Origin: Nitrospinota bacterium
Lineage (GTDB): Bacteria > UBA8248
Direction: 5' to 3'
Assembly: GCA_036231405.1 (NCBI GenBank)
Contig: JAZAHK010000032.1
Span: forward strand, 1 to 34,442
Length of the DNA: 34,442 nt
In this document: positions 1 through 8,938 of the stretch, piece after piece
Position numbering within the stretch: position 1 is the first letter of the stretch
How the letters are laid out: each line of letters begins with the position of its first letter
Notes under the pieces: generated by a model
Told to the model about the DNA's origin: nothing
What the model saw: the letters and a program-made list of their open reading frames with translations, nothing else
Databases searched by the model: none
Position numbers and translations under genes: made by a program

Positions 1-86
1 TAATATAGGAGTGAAAAAATGATAAATTCATAGGCGGAAACACAGTCTAAAACAATTTAAAAGAAAAATAAATAAGGAATCCTCAA

Positions 87-1058
87 TTAATCAATACCTT
101 GTATTTCCAGAAGAGTACTATCTAAACTTTCCTTGTCTTCAACATTGAAAACGGGGATATTTTTCAAAATTCTTTTATTCAACCCTGAAAGAACTTTCCC
201 AGGACCTACTTCAATGGCAGCAGAGATATCCTGATCTGCTAATGAACTCACAGAACTCTCCCACCTAACAGAAACACGCATCTGCTGCTTAAGTAACTTT
301 TTTACCTCTCGAGATTCTCTTACAAGTTTCCCGGTTACATTAGCGCAAATAGGGATCGTTGAAGAATTAAAGTTGGTTTCTTCTAAAACCTGACTCATTT
401 TTTCAGAGGCTTCAACAAGCAGAGAGCAATGGAACGGTGCTCCTACAGGAAGCATAACAGCTTTTTTAAAACCCGCTTCTCGCGCAATAGAACAAGCTTT
501 TTCGACTGATTTCCTCTCGCCAGAAAGAACGTACTGTCCTGGGGCATTATAGTTTGCAATCTCTAAAACTCCTTCAATTTCTTCGCATAATTGTTCTGCC
601 TTGTGTAATTCTCCTCCTAGGAGAGCTAACATTGCACCCCCATCAATGGGGACTGCTTCATGCATCAAACGACCCCTTTCCTTGACCAAGAGTAGAGCAG
701 TACGAAAGTCAAAAACTCCCCCAGCAATCATAGAGGCATATTCTCCAAGACTATGACCAAGTGCAACGCTAGGATAGATACCTGCACGTTGCAACAGGAT
801 CATTCCTATATAACTATGCACTAAAATTGCAGGTTGAGTATTAATTGTTTGAGTCAAAGTTTCTGTTGGTCCATCAAAGCTCAATTTGGCAATATTGAAA
901 CCAAGTATCTCATTTGCTTCATCATAAATCTCTGTTGCAATATCGAAATTTTCATAAAACGAATTACCCATTCCAACATATTGCGAACCTTGTCCAGGAA
1001 ATAAGAAAGCTATCTTTCTTATTTTAGAATCTTCAAATGAAATGTTCTCTGTAAACAT
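87..1058 (-). CDS. fabD: Malonyl-CoA:ACP transacylase
   Basis: FLFPGQGSQ N-terminal motif, TQPAI, GHSLGEY catalytic Ser motif, APFHC, EVGPGKVL; follows fabH. Confidence 0.97.
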   Translation of the reverse strand: MFTENISFEDSKIRKIAFLFPGQGSQYVGMGNSFYENFDIATEIYDEANEILGFNIAKLSFDGPTETLTQTINTQPAILVHSYIGMILLQRAGIYPSVALGHSLGEYASMIAGGVFDFRTALLLVKERGRLMHEAVPIDGGAMLALLGGELHKAEQLCEEIEGVLEIANYNAPGQYVLSGERKSVEKACSIAREAGFKKAVMLPVGAPFHCSLLVEASEKMSQVLEETNFNSSTIPICANVTGKLVRESREVKKLLKQQMRVSVRWESSVSSLADQDISAAIEVGPGKVLSGLNKRILKNIPVFNVEDKESLDSTLLEIQGID

Positions 1059-1091
1059 AAAAAGTTTATCAATTAATGAATTAAAAAAACT

Positions 1092-2072
1092 CTACCATTT
1101 TATTAACGAAGCTCCCCACGTTAAACCGCCTCCAAAGGCTGCCAAAAGTATTTTATCACCCTCTTTAATTTTTCCATCTCTAACCTCTTCATCCAATGCT
1201 ACTGGAATTGTAGCAGCAGACATATTTGCGTACTTCTTTATAGTTACAACAATTTTTTCCATCGACAAATCTAATCGCTTTGCAATGGCTTCAATAATTC
1301 TTATGTTAGCTTGATGGGGTATAAAAAGATCAAGATCGCTTAGAGACATTTGATTTTTTTCCAAAATCTCCAGAGACACATCTGCAAAATTCTTTACGGC
1401 TGTTTTAAAAACACCTTGCCCATTCATTTTAAGAAGGTGTGCTTTAGATTTCACATCTTCCTCTGAGATAGGAGTTAATTTAGAACCTCCACCAACAATA
1501 AGTATTAATTCTCCATCGCGACCATTGCTATAAGTAATCGAATCTAAAATTCCAGAATCATCCTCTGATTGTCCAATTACGACCGCTCCCGCACCATCTC
1601 CCCATAAAATGCAATTCCCTCGGTCAGTCCAGTCCGCAACTCTTGTCATTATATCTGCACCAACTAACAGAACATTTTTAGCCAAACCTGACCTGATATA
1701 TGCATCTGAGCACTGCAAGCCATAAACAAAACCAGAACAAGCAGCATTAAGATCAAATGCAGGACAATTCCCAATATTAAGATTAGCCTGCAACCAGCAG
1801 GCAGCAGAAGGACACATAGAATCAGGAGTAATAGTCGAAAAAATGACAAGATCTATTTCACTTGCCTGTAAACCTGCAGCTTGTATGGCATTTTCTGCAG
1901 CTGGAAGAGACAACTCCGATACTCCAACACCTTTTGGTGCAATTCTTCTTTCAGAAATACCAGTCCGTTCAAGAATCCACTCATCGGTTGTGTCAACGAT
2001 TTTTTCAATTTGCTTGTTAGTTAGGACTTCTTCGGGAACATAAGAACCGGTCCCTATTATCTTTGATCTCAA
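1092..2072 (-). CDS. fabH: 3-oxoacyl-ACP synthase III
   Basis: DLNAACSGF (Cys), PHQANIRI (His), YANMSAA (Asn), GDGAGA, FGGGLTWG. Start placed at in-frame TTG 2072 (LRSKIIGTG); track start is 2129. Confidence 0.95.
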   Translation of the reverse strand: MRSKIIGTGSYVPEEVLTNKQIEKIVDTTDEWILERTGISERRIAPKGVGVSELSLPAAENAIQAAGLQASEIDLVIFSTITPDSMCPSAACWLQANLNIGNCPAFDLNAACSGFVYGLQCSDAYIRSGLAKNVLLVGADIMTRVADWTDRGNCILWGDGAGAVVIGQSEDDSGILDSITYSNGRDGELILIVGGGSKLTPISEEDVKSKAHLLKMNGQGVFKTAVKNFADVSLEILEKNQMSLSDLDLFIPHQANIRIIEAIAKRLDLSMEKIVVTIKKYANMSAATIPVALDEEVRDGKIKEGDKILLAAFGGGLTWGASLIKW

Positions 2073-2134
2073 AATAGATTGACCAACCTTGTGGGCGAAG
2101 TTAAAAAAACGAGTGGCGATATTAACCAAACTTC

Positions 2135-3226
2135 TTAAATATCTTTTTTATCCGATTCATCTCCAGAAAAAATTCCACCCCTAATTTGATTCCAAAGACG
2201 CCAGCCTACATCAGAAGTACTAGAACGGTAGATTTCACTATATCTAGCAATATTTTCTTGTAACTTTGAATTCAAATCTTTCTTTACAAGTTCGTTCGTT
2301 GTTCGAATAGCGTTCTTAATAGTCTTAGCATCACTCCTACCGTGACCTATAGTACAAAGCCCATTAAGACCAAGTAATGGAGCGGCACCGTATTCAGAGT
2401 AATCAGTTTTCCTACGCATCGTATTGATCCCATCACGAAGGAAGAGATAACCTATCTTTCCTTTGACTGACCCATTGAATTCGGTCCTCAAAAGACTAGA
2501 TATCATACTACTAACACTTTCACTAACTTTCAATGCGACATTACCTGAAAAACCATCAGATACGACAACGTCTGAAATTCCTTGAAAAATGGTGCTACCT
2601 TCAATATTCCCAATAAAATTCAGATCTGATTTTGAAAAAAAATCATGAGAACTAATTAGCGCGTCGGTTCCCTTGGACTCTTCACTCCCAATATTGAGTA
2701 GTCCGATCTTGGGATTTTTCTTGCCAAAAAGTACTTCGGAATAAACTGATCCCATTATCCCAAATTGAAAAATATGCTGAGCTCTTGGATTTAAATTAGC
2801 TCCAACATCAACCATAACAGCAAATCCTTTTAAAGTTGGGATAACTGCTGCTATCGCAGGACGCTGGACATCTCTCATTTTTTTAAGGACGAAAAGCGCT
2901 GCAGTAAAGGCTCCACCTGTATCACCAGCGGTAAATACTGCAGATGCTTCGCCTCTTTTCACTAATTCCAATGCAACTCTTATAGATGAATCTTGTTTTT
3001 CCTTTGCGGACTTCGTGGGGGATTCTCCCATTTCTACAACCTGCTTTGCCTCACGTATATCAAAATTAAAATCAGTAATTCCGAGTCGATCCAGTTCACT
3101 TTGTATTCTGTCTTGCAAACCAACCAAGATCGTTTCTATTCGAAACTCTTTCAATGCAAGATAAGCACCCTCAACAACATCTCTAGGAGCACTATCACCA
3201 CCCATCGCGTCTACGGCTATTTTCAT
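2135..3226 (-). CDS. plsX: Phosphate acyltransferase PlsX
   Basis: MKIAVDAMGGD, RPAIA, DGFSGNVALK, YGAAPLLG, HGRS; rpmF-plsX-fabH synteny. Confidence 0.97.
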   Translation of the reverse strand: MKIAVDAMGGDSAPRDVVEGAYLALKEFRIETILVGLQDRIQSELDRLGITDFNFDIREAKQVVEMGESPTKSAKEKQDSSIRVALELVKRGEASAVFTAGDTGGAFTAALFVLKKMRDVQRPAIAAVIPTLKGFAVMVDVGANLNPRAQHIFQFGIMGSVYSEVLFGKKNPKIGLLNIGSEESKGTDALISSHDFFSKSDLNFIGNIEGSTIFQGISDVVVSDGFSGNVALKVSESVSSMISSLLRTEFNGSVKGKIGYLFLRDGINTMRRKTDYSEYGAAPLLGLNGLCTIGHGRSDAKTIKNAIRTTNELVKKDLNSKLQENIARYSEIYRSSTSDVGWRLWNQIRGGIFSGDESDKKDI

Positions 3227-3247
3227 ATGAACCTACGCTTATTTTTG

Positions 3248-3430
3248 TTAGACAGTAGAAACATCTAATATTTTTTTCCCGTTGTAAAATCCGCAAGCAG
3301 TACAAACTCTATGGGGAAGAACTGATGCATTACAGTTAGTACAGATAGATACAGCAGGAATATTGACCTTATAATGAGTCCTGCGCTTACGCCCTCTAGT
3401 CTGGGAATGCCTTCGCTTTGGTAACGCCAT
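3248..3430 (-). CDS. rpmF: 50S ribosomal protein L32 (Zn-ribbon type)
   Basis: MALPKRRHS...RRTH, CTNC...PHRVCTACGFY; AGGAG RBS. Confidence 0.97.
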   Translation of the reverse strand: MALPKRRHSQTRGRKRRTHYKVNIPAVSICTNCNASVLPHRVCTACGFYNGKKILDVSTV

Positions 3431-3487
3431 TTTATTAAATCTCCTAACTTACAAAAACAGAAAAAACTATATAGAAAAGCTAAAATA

Positions 3488-4024
3488 TCATCTTTTTAAT
3501 TTAAAATCTTTCAGAGCAGACCATCTATTATCAATTTTTTGAATCTCAGTTTCATCACTTGATGGGGACAATATTGAATTGGCTTTTGAACAATCTTCGC
3601 CACACCGAGGTTGGACGGGAATAGAAAGCAAAATATGGTCTCTGATAGATGGAAATAAATCAATTTCCTCTGAAATTATGTCGGAAATTTCTAGATCTCT
3701 AGAAACAAGTTCAGATTCATCCTCTTGATGATATTTATCATTTAAAGGTGGAAGGAAAAAAACACGAAAATTTTCGTCTATACTAAAGTGAAAAACTTTT
3801 AAACAGATTGAGCAGGAAAGGTGACAAAGACCACCAATTCTAGCCTTGAAAACATATTCATAAGTATTTATTCGACTAACCTTCCCATCAAGATTAATAT
3901 CTACTAATTCAATGGAATGATCATCTTCAAAAGAAATTAGAGAAACATCAACACCAGAGTTAATATGAAGATCATCTTCTCTTATATCTTGAAGTGAAAT
4001 TACAAATTCTGTACGATTTTTCAA
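3488..4024 (-). CDS. yceD: YceD/DUF177 family protein
   Basis: CxxC(L), EIDL..IRDHILLSIP, C-terminal IDNRWSALKDFK; directly upstream of rpmF; TTG start with AGGAG RBS. Confidence 0.88.
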   Translation of the reverse strand: MKNRTEFVISLQDIREDDLHINSGVDVSLISFEDDHSIELVDINLDGKVSRINTYEYVFKARIGGLCHLSCSICLKVFHFSIDENFRVFFLPPLNDKYHQEDESELVSRDLEISDIISEEIDLFPSIRDHILLSIPVQPRCGEDCSKANSILSPSSDETEIQKIDNRWSALKDFKLKR

Positions 4025-4061
4025 ACTAAACTCCTAAAATACGTAAAAAAATAAACCATTA

Positions 4062-4090
4062 AATGTATTGACGATATTTTTGCGTGTCAA
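4062..4090 (-). promoter_or_regulatory. Sigma70-type promoter for yceD-rpmF-plsX-fab genes
   Basis: Minus strand reads TTGACA (4090-4085), 17 nt, TACATT (4067-4062), 37 nt upstream of the yceD start. Confidence 0.7.
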
Positions 4091-4157
4091 GTAAAAAAAG
4101 CTGATAGCAATAAATATTTCAAATTTTCTGATTAACAATCTCTAAGATGAAGGTCAA

Positions 4158-4670
4158 TTAAATATTTTTTTTAAATCTATCCTTCAATTTTGAATAACCT
4201 ACTGCGGTATGACTAAAACGTTGAACTTCATCTTCCTTTAAATGCCGGACATATTTTGCAGGAACACCCATCCATAAAGTTCCTGGTTCTATAACTTTAT
4301 ATTCAGGGACAAGCGAACCTGCACCTACAACAGAACCTTCTCCAACATCGACTCCATTGAGTATGGTTGCCCCCATAGCAACAAGAGCACCATCCTTCAC
4401 ATCACAACCGTGAACGATAGCATTATGCCCTATAGAAACATTATCGCCTAAAATACAAGAATGCTTGTCAGTTTCTATATGAAGAATCGAACCATCCTGT
4501 ATATTAGTATTTTTCCCAACCCTAATAGGCATATTGTCCCCGCGAAGAACGCAGTTATACCAAACACTACTATTTTCCCCAATTTCAACATCTCCAATAA
4601 TGACAGCCGTTTCTGCCAACCAAACAGTAGGGTGGATTTTGGGGATTTTCCCTTCAAAAGGTATAATCAT
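4158..4670 (-). CDS. Gamma-carbonic anhydrase family (YrdA/CaiE-like) hexapeptide-repeat protein
   Basis: IIGDVEIG, VLRGD, TNIQDGSILH, IGHNAIVHGC (three His ligands), GVPAK. Confidence 0.92.
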   Translation of the reverse strand: MIIPFEGKIPKIHPTVWLAETAVIIGDVEIGENSSVWYNCVLRGDNMPIRVGKNTNIQDGSILHIETDKHSCILGDNVSIGHNAIVHGCDVKDGALVAMGATILNGVDVGEGSVVGAGSLVPEYKVIEPGTLWMGVPAKYVRHLKEDEVQRFSHTAVGYSKLKDRFKKNI

Positions 4671-4714
4671 GATTTAAGAGTCCTCCACTATAATTTTGGC
4701 TTAACAAAAATAAA

Positions 4715-5992
4715 TTAAAATGGATGCGGTGCACCTACGCCCAATAAAGAACGTCTCACTAGATCCATTGCAAACATAGGGACGCGTGACTGAACAAATT
4801 GTTCATTCCCCCCAAAATTTGATTCAAAGAAGTTACTTTTATTGTCCCGATCATTAAGAACAATATGGGTGGGACCTATTGCAGGCGCGCGTCTACTCAT
4901 CTCAGGTTCGATATTTTCAGGAGGATTTGGTCCGAAAATTGCTAATCCAAGATCAGCATCCGATTTCTCTCTAACTCCCCTAGCAAAACTTTCTGCTATG
5001 ATTGAATGTTCCATTTCATTTGAAACCGGAGTATCTAGGATACTAGAAACTTCATCACAGCTAAACGCAACAATCGCACGCTTTAGAAAATCAACTCTCT
5101 GAGGCCAAGCTCCAAGCCTTTGTACAACAGAACCTCCAGAATTCGTCTCAACGATCGATAGAGTTTTATTTTTTTTAACTAATAAGTTCGAAAGAACTTC
5201 ATCAAGAGTGACCTCACCTATTCCGTAAATAGAATGGCTTAAAATTGAATTAATTTTCTTTTCCATCTCGTCAGTCATCTTTTCTGCTTCTGAAATAGAA
5301 TTTGCCCTTGCCGTAATACGTACATCAACCTGTCCAGGATGTGCCAAAACACCAATGCTTGGATTAACAGAGTTTCTGAAAAGATCCCCAATCATCTGAT
5401 CAACTCTGCTTTCACCTAACCCACACGTTTTCAATACACGAGTTCTAATTACCTCTCCTAAATCAAATTTCTCTTGAATAATAGGAATAGCTCTCTCTCC
5501 TATAATATAACGCATTTCATGAGGAACCCCTGGACTCACAAGAATGATTCCTTTTTGATCTTCACAATAGAAACAAGGAGCAGTTCCTCTTGGATTCTCA
5601 ATAGGGATCGCACCTTTGGGGACAAAAGCTTGCTTGCGATTATTTTCCGTCATTTTGAATCCACGACGAACAAAATAGGCGCTGATATAATCATATAAAT
5701 CTTGCCTGAACTCTAGTTCAACACCCATTACCTTTGCTACAGCTTCTCGTGTCAAATCATCAACTGTAGGCCCCAGTCCACCAGACGTAATAACAACTTG
5801 ACTCCTCTCGTGAGCCTGTCCAATAGTCGATGCCATACGATCAATATTATCTCCAATAATCGTCTTATAGTACATATTAACGCCAATCGATTTAAGTTGC
5901 TGTGCGATAAAAGCGCTATTTGTATCAATTAAATCCCCAAGCAACATCTCTGTACCTACTGCAACAATTTCACCACGAATGACATCTCCCAT
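4715..5992 (-). CDS. cinA: CinA-family protein (MoCF-like/COG1058 domain plus degenerate PncC-like domain)
   Basis: VGTEMLLGDLIDTN, GGLGPTVDDLT, GTAP, PGVPHEM, GLGES; C-terminal domain divergent. Confidence 0.88.
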   Translation of the reverse strand: MGDVIRGEIVAVGTEMLLGDLIDTNSAFIAQQLKSIGVNMYYKTIIGDNIDRMASTIGQAHERSQVVITSGGLGPTVDDLTREAVAKVMGVELEFRQDLYDYISAYFVRRGFKMTENNRKQAFVPKGAIPIENPRGTAPCFYCEDQKGIILVSPGVPHEMRYIIGERAIPIIQEKFDLGEVIRTRVLKTCGLGESRVDQMIGDLFRNSVNPSIGVLAHPGQVDVRITARANSISEAEKMTDEMEKKINSILSHSIYGIGEVTLDEVLSNLLVKKNKTLSIVETNSGGSVVQRLGAWPQRVDFLKRAIVAFSCDEVSSILDTPVSNEMEHSIIAESFARGVREKSDADLGLAIFGPNPPENIEPEMSRRAPAIGPTHIVLNDRDNKSNFFESNFGGNEQFVQSRVPMFAMDLVRRSLLGVGAPHPF

Positions 5993-6049
5993 TATCTTCC
6001 CTTCATTAGAACAAATAGGTTAAAATTAAAACTAAACCTGAGATAAAAT

Positions 6050-6808
6050 TTATATGTTAATTAAATCAATTACTTGCATAACATCCTGGATCTCAAAATC
6101 TGGCCTCTCGCTTTGATCTGAGAGAACTTTTTTATCTTTATTTAACCAAACTGACTTCATCCCAACACTTTTTGCTCCAATTATATCTGCCTCAAAAGTA
6201 TCTCCAACGAAAAGAATCTCCGAAGGATTCAAATTCAACTTTTCAGACAAACTCACAAAAACACTACTTCTAGGTTTACGATAACCTTCATCTTCAGAAA
6301 TTATAGAAACATCAAGAAAAGGAAGGATTCCTGTTTTTTCTAAAATGTGTTTCGCTCCCTTAGAATGATCAAAATTACTTAATAAACCTAAGAGCAACCC
6401 AGAATTTTTAATTTTTTCTAACAATGACAAGCGCTTATTATCAAAGACGGTAGCACTCAATAAAGTTTCCATGTGCGCTTCCATTGCTATATTTGCAACT
6501 TTTTCTCTTTCTTTGTCTGTTAAATTTAAAAAACGACCCGACAGCCGTCTAAATCTATCTATAGAACTAATTTCACGATTTTCAGCATCTTTATCTCTCT
6601 CATTCCATACAATTTTCGAGATCTCCTGCCAAACTACATGAAATGCTAAAAACGTTGGCAACGCGAATCCCTCATTGTAAAGCCTTTCATACGCTACCTT
6701 TGAAGTTGTCCTCTCTCTTTCACCATTAACTTCTGCTATTGGTAAAAGAGAAAAATCAAAATCAATCAAGGTATCAAATAAATCAAAAGAAACGCTTTTA
6801 ATTTGCAA
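6050..6808 (-). CDS. HAD-superfamily hydrolase (subfamily IA)
   Basis: FDLFDTL, LSN, RKP, VGDTFEADIIGA. Start placed at TTG 6808 behind GAGGG; alternative ATG at 6841. Confidence 0.88.
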   Translation of the reverse strand: MQIKSVSFDLFDTLIDFDFSLLPIAEVNGERERTTSKVAYERLYNEGFALPTFLAFHVVWQEISKIVWNERDKDAENREISSIDRFRRLSGRFLNLTDKEREKVANIAMEAHMETLLSATVFDNKRLSLLEKIKNSGLLLGLLSNFDHSKGAKHILEKTGILPFLDVSIISEDEGYRKPRSSVFVSLSEKLNLNPSEILFVGDTFEADIIGAKSVGMKSVWLNKDKKVLSDQSERPDFEIQDVMQVIDLINI

Positions 6809-6841
6809 AATCAACCCTCGAATCAAGAACTTTTCATACAT

Positions 6842-7345
6842 CTAATCAAACTGAGCATTCAGATCCATTTTTCGGTATGAACTTGCGTAATAAAGAAGAG
6901 GAGCTTTAACCTCTTCTTCAAAAAGAGCACGGCTAACCAACCCAATGAAAATACTATGATCTCCACCAGGCACTTCATTAAAAAGTTCACACTCCAGTAA
7001 ACCAATATTGCCCTTTAAAACAGGAGTTGCATTCTCCCCCAAATCATATTCAAGTTCAGAAAATTGATCCTCAGCATCACGACCCTTCCCTGCAAACCAA
7101 TCAGAAATTTGCTTCTGTTCTTGTGCCAAAAAGTTCACATTAAATTTTTTGGCATTTCTAATCATTTCCAAACATGTTGCGTTCTGATCAACACAAACAA
7201 GAACCAAAGGAGGATCAAGGGAAACTGAGGAAAAAGCATTTGCAGTCATTCCACGCGACAATTCACCATCACTAACTGTTATAACTGTCACTCCTGTAGC
7301 AAACCTCCCCAACGTATCACGAAAATGCTTTGGATCCATTGCCAT
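6842..7345 (-). CDS. Flavin reductase family protein (HpaC/RutF-like)
   Basis: FRDTLGRFATGVTVIT, GMTANAFSSVSLDPPLVLVC, GDHSIFIG, PLLY; ATG 7345 behind a G-rich RBS. Confidence 0.93.
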   Translation of the reverse strand: MAMDPKHFRDTLGRFATGVTVITVSDGELSRGMTANAFSSVSLDPPLVLVCVDQNATCLEMIRNAKKFNVNFLAQEQKQISDWFAGKGRDAEDQFSELEYDLGENATPVLKGNIGLLECELFNEVPGGDHSIFIGLVSRALFEEEVKAPLLYYASSYRKMDLNAQFD

Positions 7346-7380
7346 AAAACCCCCCATATACAATGAAATTAATTATTAAA

Positions 7381-8094
7381 CTACGCATTAAGAACAGCAA
7401 TCGCTCTAATTGGTGAACCGGAGCCACCTTTTATCTTAAGAGGCAACCCAATATAAAGAAATTCTTTACCCACAACTTTCTCTATATTATAAAGATTTTC
7501 TGTATTTGTCCTTCCTAGTTCACGACATACTAGATGACAAGGGTATTCAGGACTATGCGCCATATCCATACTAGGAGCATCAGTTCCAACATTTAATGCC
7601 CCGCATTCTCTGTAAACGTACTCAGCGGCATCACGTGTCCACCCAGCATAATGGGTTGTATAAGATTTTTTAGGATAATGTCTATTGTAATGACCGTAAG
7701 TAAAAAGAAGAGTGTCCCCTTCTCTGATTTCAAGATTATAATGATCTAATCTTTCTTTAACTTTTTCAGCATCTATGTAGCTGTTGTCCTTAACATCTTC
7801 GAAATCGATAGCAATTCCTCTACTGTAAAAAAAGTTAAAATCCATTTCGTCTATATGCTTTGCGGTAGGAGATGGATCAAGATGACTAATTGAATCAACA
7901 TGCGTGGGACCATGTTCACACATTTGAATGATGCCTGAGTAATAACTCATCTCACTTTCAAATCTACCACTAGCAGCACTTTCTTCGTGGGTCATATTTG
8001 TCCATCGCCAAGTATCGGGATGACCGACAAAAACAGGCATCCCCGAAAAAATAGATTGTGTAAGATCGACTATCTCATGATTTTTATACGCCAT
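7381..8094 (-). CDS. Cyclase family metal-dependent hydrolase (kynurenine formamidase KynB-like)
   Basis: IVDLT, HGPTHVDSISH (variant of HxGTHxDxPxH), VGTDAPSMD, ENL, GLPLKIKGGSGSPIRAIA; AGGAGG RBS. Confidence 0.9.
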   Translation of the reverse strand: MAYKNHEIVDLTQSIFSGMPVFVGHPDTWRWTNMTHEESAASGRFESEMSYYSGIIQMCEHGPTHVDSISHLDPSPTAKHIDEMDFNFFYSRGIAIDFEDVKDNSYIDAEKVKERLDHYNLEIREGDTLLFTYGHYNRHYPKKSYTTHYAGWTRDAAEYVYRECGALNVGTDAPSMDMAHSPEYPCHLVCRELGRTNTENLYNIEKVVGKEFLYIGLPLKIKGGSGSPIRAIAVLNA

Positions 8095-8275
8095 ATCTTT
8101 TCCTCCTGATTCGTATGATTTGAAATTATTTATAATTTTGAGTTTATTTAACGCCTAATGATACAATTTATCAATTCAGTGATAGTATTATCTTTTAAAT
8201 TTAAAAATAAGTCTCTATCGTGAGAATTAGTTACAAAAAAACATATCCTAATTAATCTATTACAGACTAAAAAAG

Positions 8276-8893
8276 ATGGATACCCCAAATAAAATTTCGA
8301 TAATAATCCTTGCTGCAGGCCTCTCACAGAGATTCAATGGAAATAAGCTTCTTGTTGAAATTGACGAAATTCCCCTAGTACGTAAAACGGTAGAAATCTA
8401 CATGGAAAACGATCCATATGAAATCATCATAGTAGTTGGATACGAACAAGAGAAAATAAAATCTGCACTGAAAGGACTAAACGTTAAATTTGCCCTAAAT
8501 GAAAAATTTAAAGAAGGACAAAGTACAAGTGTAATTAAAGGAATTCTATCCACCAACAAACATTCAGACGGCTACTTATTCGGTTTGGCTGACCAACCTT
8601 TTATTTCAAAGGAATTAATAAAAAAGATTATTGACTCATTTTATCTTCATGAAGGGAAAGAGACACTTATTGTTGCGCCTTTTGTAGAAGAACAAAGGGG
8701 TAATCCTGTCCTTTTTTCTGCATCTCTCCGTCAAAAACTACTTAATATAAGTGGGGATCAGGGAGCTCGCGATATCTATGCACACATACAGGACAAATTC
8801 CCTTCAGCAATCGAGAGAGTAAACATCCTCGAAAAAAAGACTTTTTATGATTTAGATACTGAAGAGGACTTTAAAAATTTTCTGTTAAACTAA
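8276..8893 (+). CDS. MocA/MobA-like nucleotidyltransferase (molybdenum cofactor cytidylyltransferase-like)
   Basis: IILAAGLSQRF..NKLL, LADQP, RGNPVLF, GDQGAR, DLDTEED. Confidence 0.88.
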   Translation: MDTPNKISIIILAAGLSQRFNGNKLLVEIDEIPLVRKTVEIYMENDPYEIIIVVGYEQEKIKSALKGLNVKFALNEKFKEGQSTSVIKGILSTNKHSDGYLFGLADQPFISKELIKKIIDSFYLHEGKETLIVAPFVEEQRGNPVLFSASLRQKLLNISGDQGARDIYAHIQDKFPSAIERVNILEKKTFYDLDTEEDFKNFLLN

Positions 8894-8938
8894 AAAGATT
8901 TTTCCATTTGAAAACAATAAATTAAAAAGGGGCAGAGC

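Noticed and set aside
1-86. Possible start of fabG or another gene downstream of fabD (minus-strand ATG at 31, MNLSFFHSYI)
   Set aside because: Only 10 codons are visible, with no SD and no resemblance to a FabG N-terminus; cannot be called.
8181-8206. Palindromes GATAGTATTATC and TTTTAAATTTAAAA in the divergent cyclase/mocA intergenic region
   Set aside because: Short and almost all A/T in a very AT-rich spacer; no full Fur-like box or second copy supports them.
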